Shown here: piece after piece, positions 5,210 through 5,934 of the stretch
Layout: each line of letters opens with the position of its first letter
Numbering within the stretch: the stretch's first letter is position 1
IMG/VR virus record: IMGVR_UViG_2526164609_000027
Origin: a virus
Taxonomy: Duplodnaviria > Heunggongvirae > Uroviricota > Caudoviricetes
Strand: one strand, 5' to 3'
DNA: 5,934 nt
Notes under the pieces: model-generated
What the model saw: only the letters and a program-made list of their open reading frames with translations
Database searches by the model: none
Told to the model about the DNA's origin: nothing
Position numbers and translations under genes: made by a program

Positions 5210-5557
5210 TTACAACATAGTCAGGGACGTAAGCAGTCTTTTAGGCTGCCGCCAGTCGATACCTTCAAGGAGCATCGCCAGCTGTGCCGGTGTGAGGAAC
5301 ACTTTGCCATCCCGGGCTGACGGCCAGGCGAAGCGGCCGCGCTCCAGCCGTTTGGTCAGCAGACACAGTCCATCGCCGGTAGACCAGAGGAGCTTTACCT
5401 GACTGCCATTACGCCCACGGAAGATAAAAACGTGACCTGACATCGGAGCGTCTTTCAGCGTCGTCTGCACCTTTGCCGCCAGGCCGTTGAAGCCATTTCT
5501 CATATCGGTGATACCGGCAACCAGCCAAATTTTGGTCCCGGAAGGTAACGGGATCAT
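5210..5557 (-). CDS. tnpB: IS66-family accessory protein TnpB (Orf2)
   Basis: 115 aa, MIPLPSGTKIWLVAGITDMRNGFNGLAAKVQ...LAMLLEGIDWRQPK, matching the IS66 Orf2 pattern (e.g. ISEc8 ...IWLVAG.TDMR..FNGL...) as I recall it; ATG overlaps the tnpA stop (ATGA). Confidence 0.9.
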   Translation of the reverse strand: MIPLPSGTKIWLVAGITDMRNGFNGLAAKVQTTLKDAPMSGHVFIFRGRNGSQVKLLWSTGDGLCLLTKRLERGRFAWPSARDGKVFLTPAQLAMLLEGIDWRQPKRLLTSLTML

Positions 5558-5934
5558 CGCTTCAGTTCCTGTATCAGCAGAGTCAGGAGCTTTTCGCTGA
5601 CATTGCCATTAAAGCGGAGCGTCCCGTGCCGGAACGTTACCTCACAGCTGATACTGAGGGTTTCCGGATCCTCTGCGAGCGATTCTGGCTGTTCGGCAGC
5701 TGCATCGAGAGTCACAGGAAGTAGCTGGGGGCTCTCTGAAGAAGGTAATAGCAGCTTTCCCTCGCGCCATTGTTGTCGCCATTTGAACAACAGATTGGCG
5801 TTAATGCCATTTTCAAGAGCAAGTTTTGAGATGGATATCCCGGGTTCACAGGAGGCAGCAACGAGCTGCTGTTTAAATTCGGGAGGATAATTAGGGCAGC
5901 CTTTTCGCCTGCCGGGATTCACATTTTTCTGCAT
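5554..5934 (-). CDS. tnpA: IS66-family accessory protein TnpA (Orf1, HTH); possibly 5'-partial at window edge
   Basis: 126-aa ORF with an HTH-like segment (PEFKQQLVAASCEPGISISKLALENGINANLLFKWRQQW) in first position of the IS66 gene triad. Its ATG is the last three bases of the window, so the true start could lie further out. Confidence 0.8.
   Translation of the reverse strand: MQKNVNPGRRKGCPNYPPEFKQQLVAASCEPGISISKLALENGINANLLFKWRQQWREGKLLLPSSESPQLLPVTLDAAAEQPESLAEDPETLSISCEVTFRHGTLRFNGNVSEKLLTLLIQELKR

Larger units (their letters stand above)
3586..5934 (-). mobile_element. IS66-family insertion sequence (tnpA-tnpB-tnpC), truncated by window end
   Basis: Three-ORF organisation typical of IS66: small HTH ORF, about 115-aa TnpB overlapping by ATGA, then about 512-aa TnpC. 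The plus strand at 3586-3592 reads GTAAGCG, which I recall as a typical IS66-family terminal sequence. The outer IR beyond tnpA is outside the window. Confidence 0.85.

Noticed and set aside
3620-5402. Plus-strand ORFs (3620..3949, 3925..4215, 4136..4330, 4327..4722, 4877..5152, 4945..5136, 5133..5402) and minus-strand ORF 4186..4428 within the IS66-family element
   Set aside because: All lie antisense to or out of frame within the continuous 512-aa tnpC (or across the tnpC/tnpB junction); peptides are Arg/Pro/Ala-rich low-complexity, typical of shadow frames in GC-rich transposase genes.
5603-5890. 95-aa plus-strand ORF antisense to IS66-family tnpA
   Set aside because: Opposite strand of a recognisable HTH-containing tnpA; no RBS or domain.

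Overview
The window is a stretch of the early-right (immunity-proximal and replication) region of a Rac-like lambdoid prophage, invaded on both sides by insertion sequences. Left to right: (1) the left end of an IS1 copy on the minus strand (partial insA; the element runs off the window start), inserted into (2) the orfA of an IS3-family element, whose predicted outer end abuts (3) a Cro-like HTH gene (YdaS-like) with a compromised 5' end; (4) a YdaT-like (CII-like) gene; (5) a phage replication initiator with a DnaT-like C-terminal tail and two clusters of helically phased GTCACG iterons plus a short tandem repeat inside its own coding sequence (putative ori); (6) three overlapping, GTG-initiated, apparently translationally coupled genes of unknown function (a possibly winged-helix-like protein, a DUF4406 / nucleoside 2-deoxyribosyltransferase-like protein, and a Cys-rich putative zinc-ribbon protein), each preceded by the same TTTTCAGGAG(G) motif; (7) an IS66-family element (tnpA-tnpB-tnpC, minus strand) that starts at about 3586 and runs off the window end. 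No cI-like repressor, tRNA, rRNA or CRISPR array is visible. All family assignments are from reading the translated ORFs and recalled sequence; no database search was run. The most interesting candidates are the ori-like iterons within the replication gene and the uncharacterised three-gene cassette.
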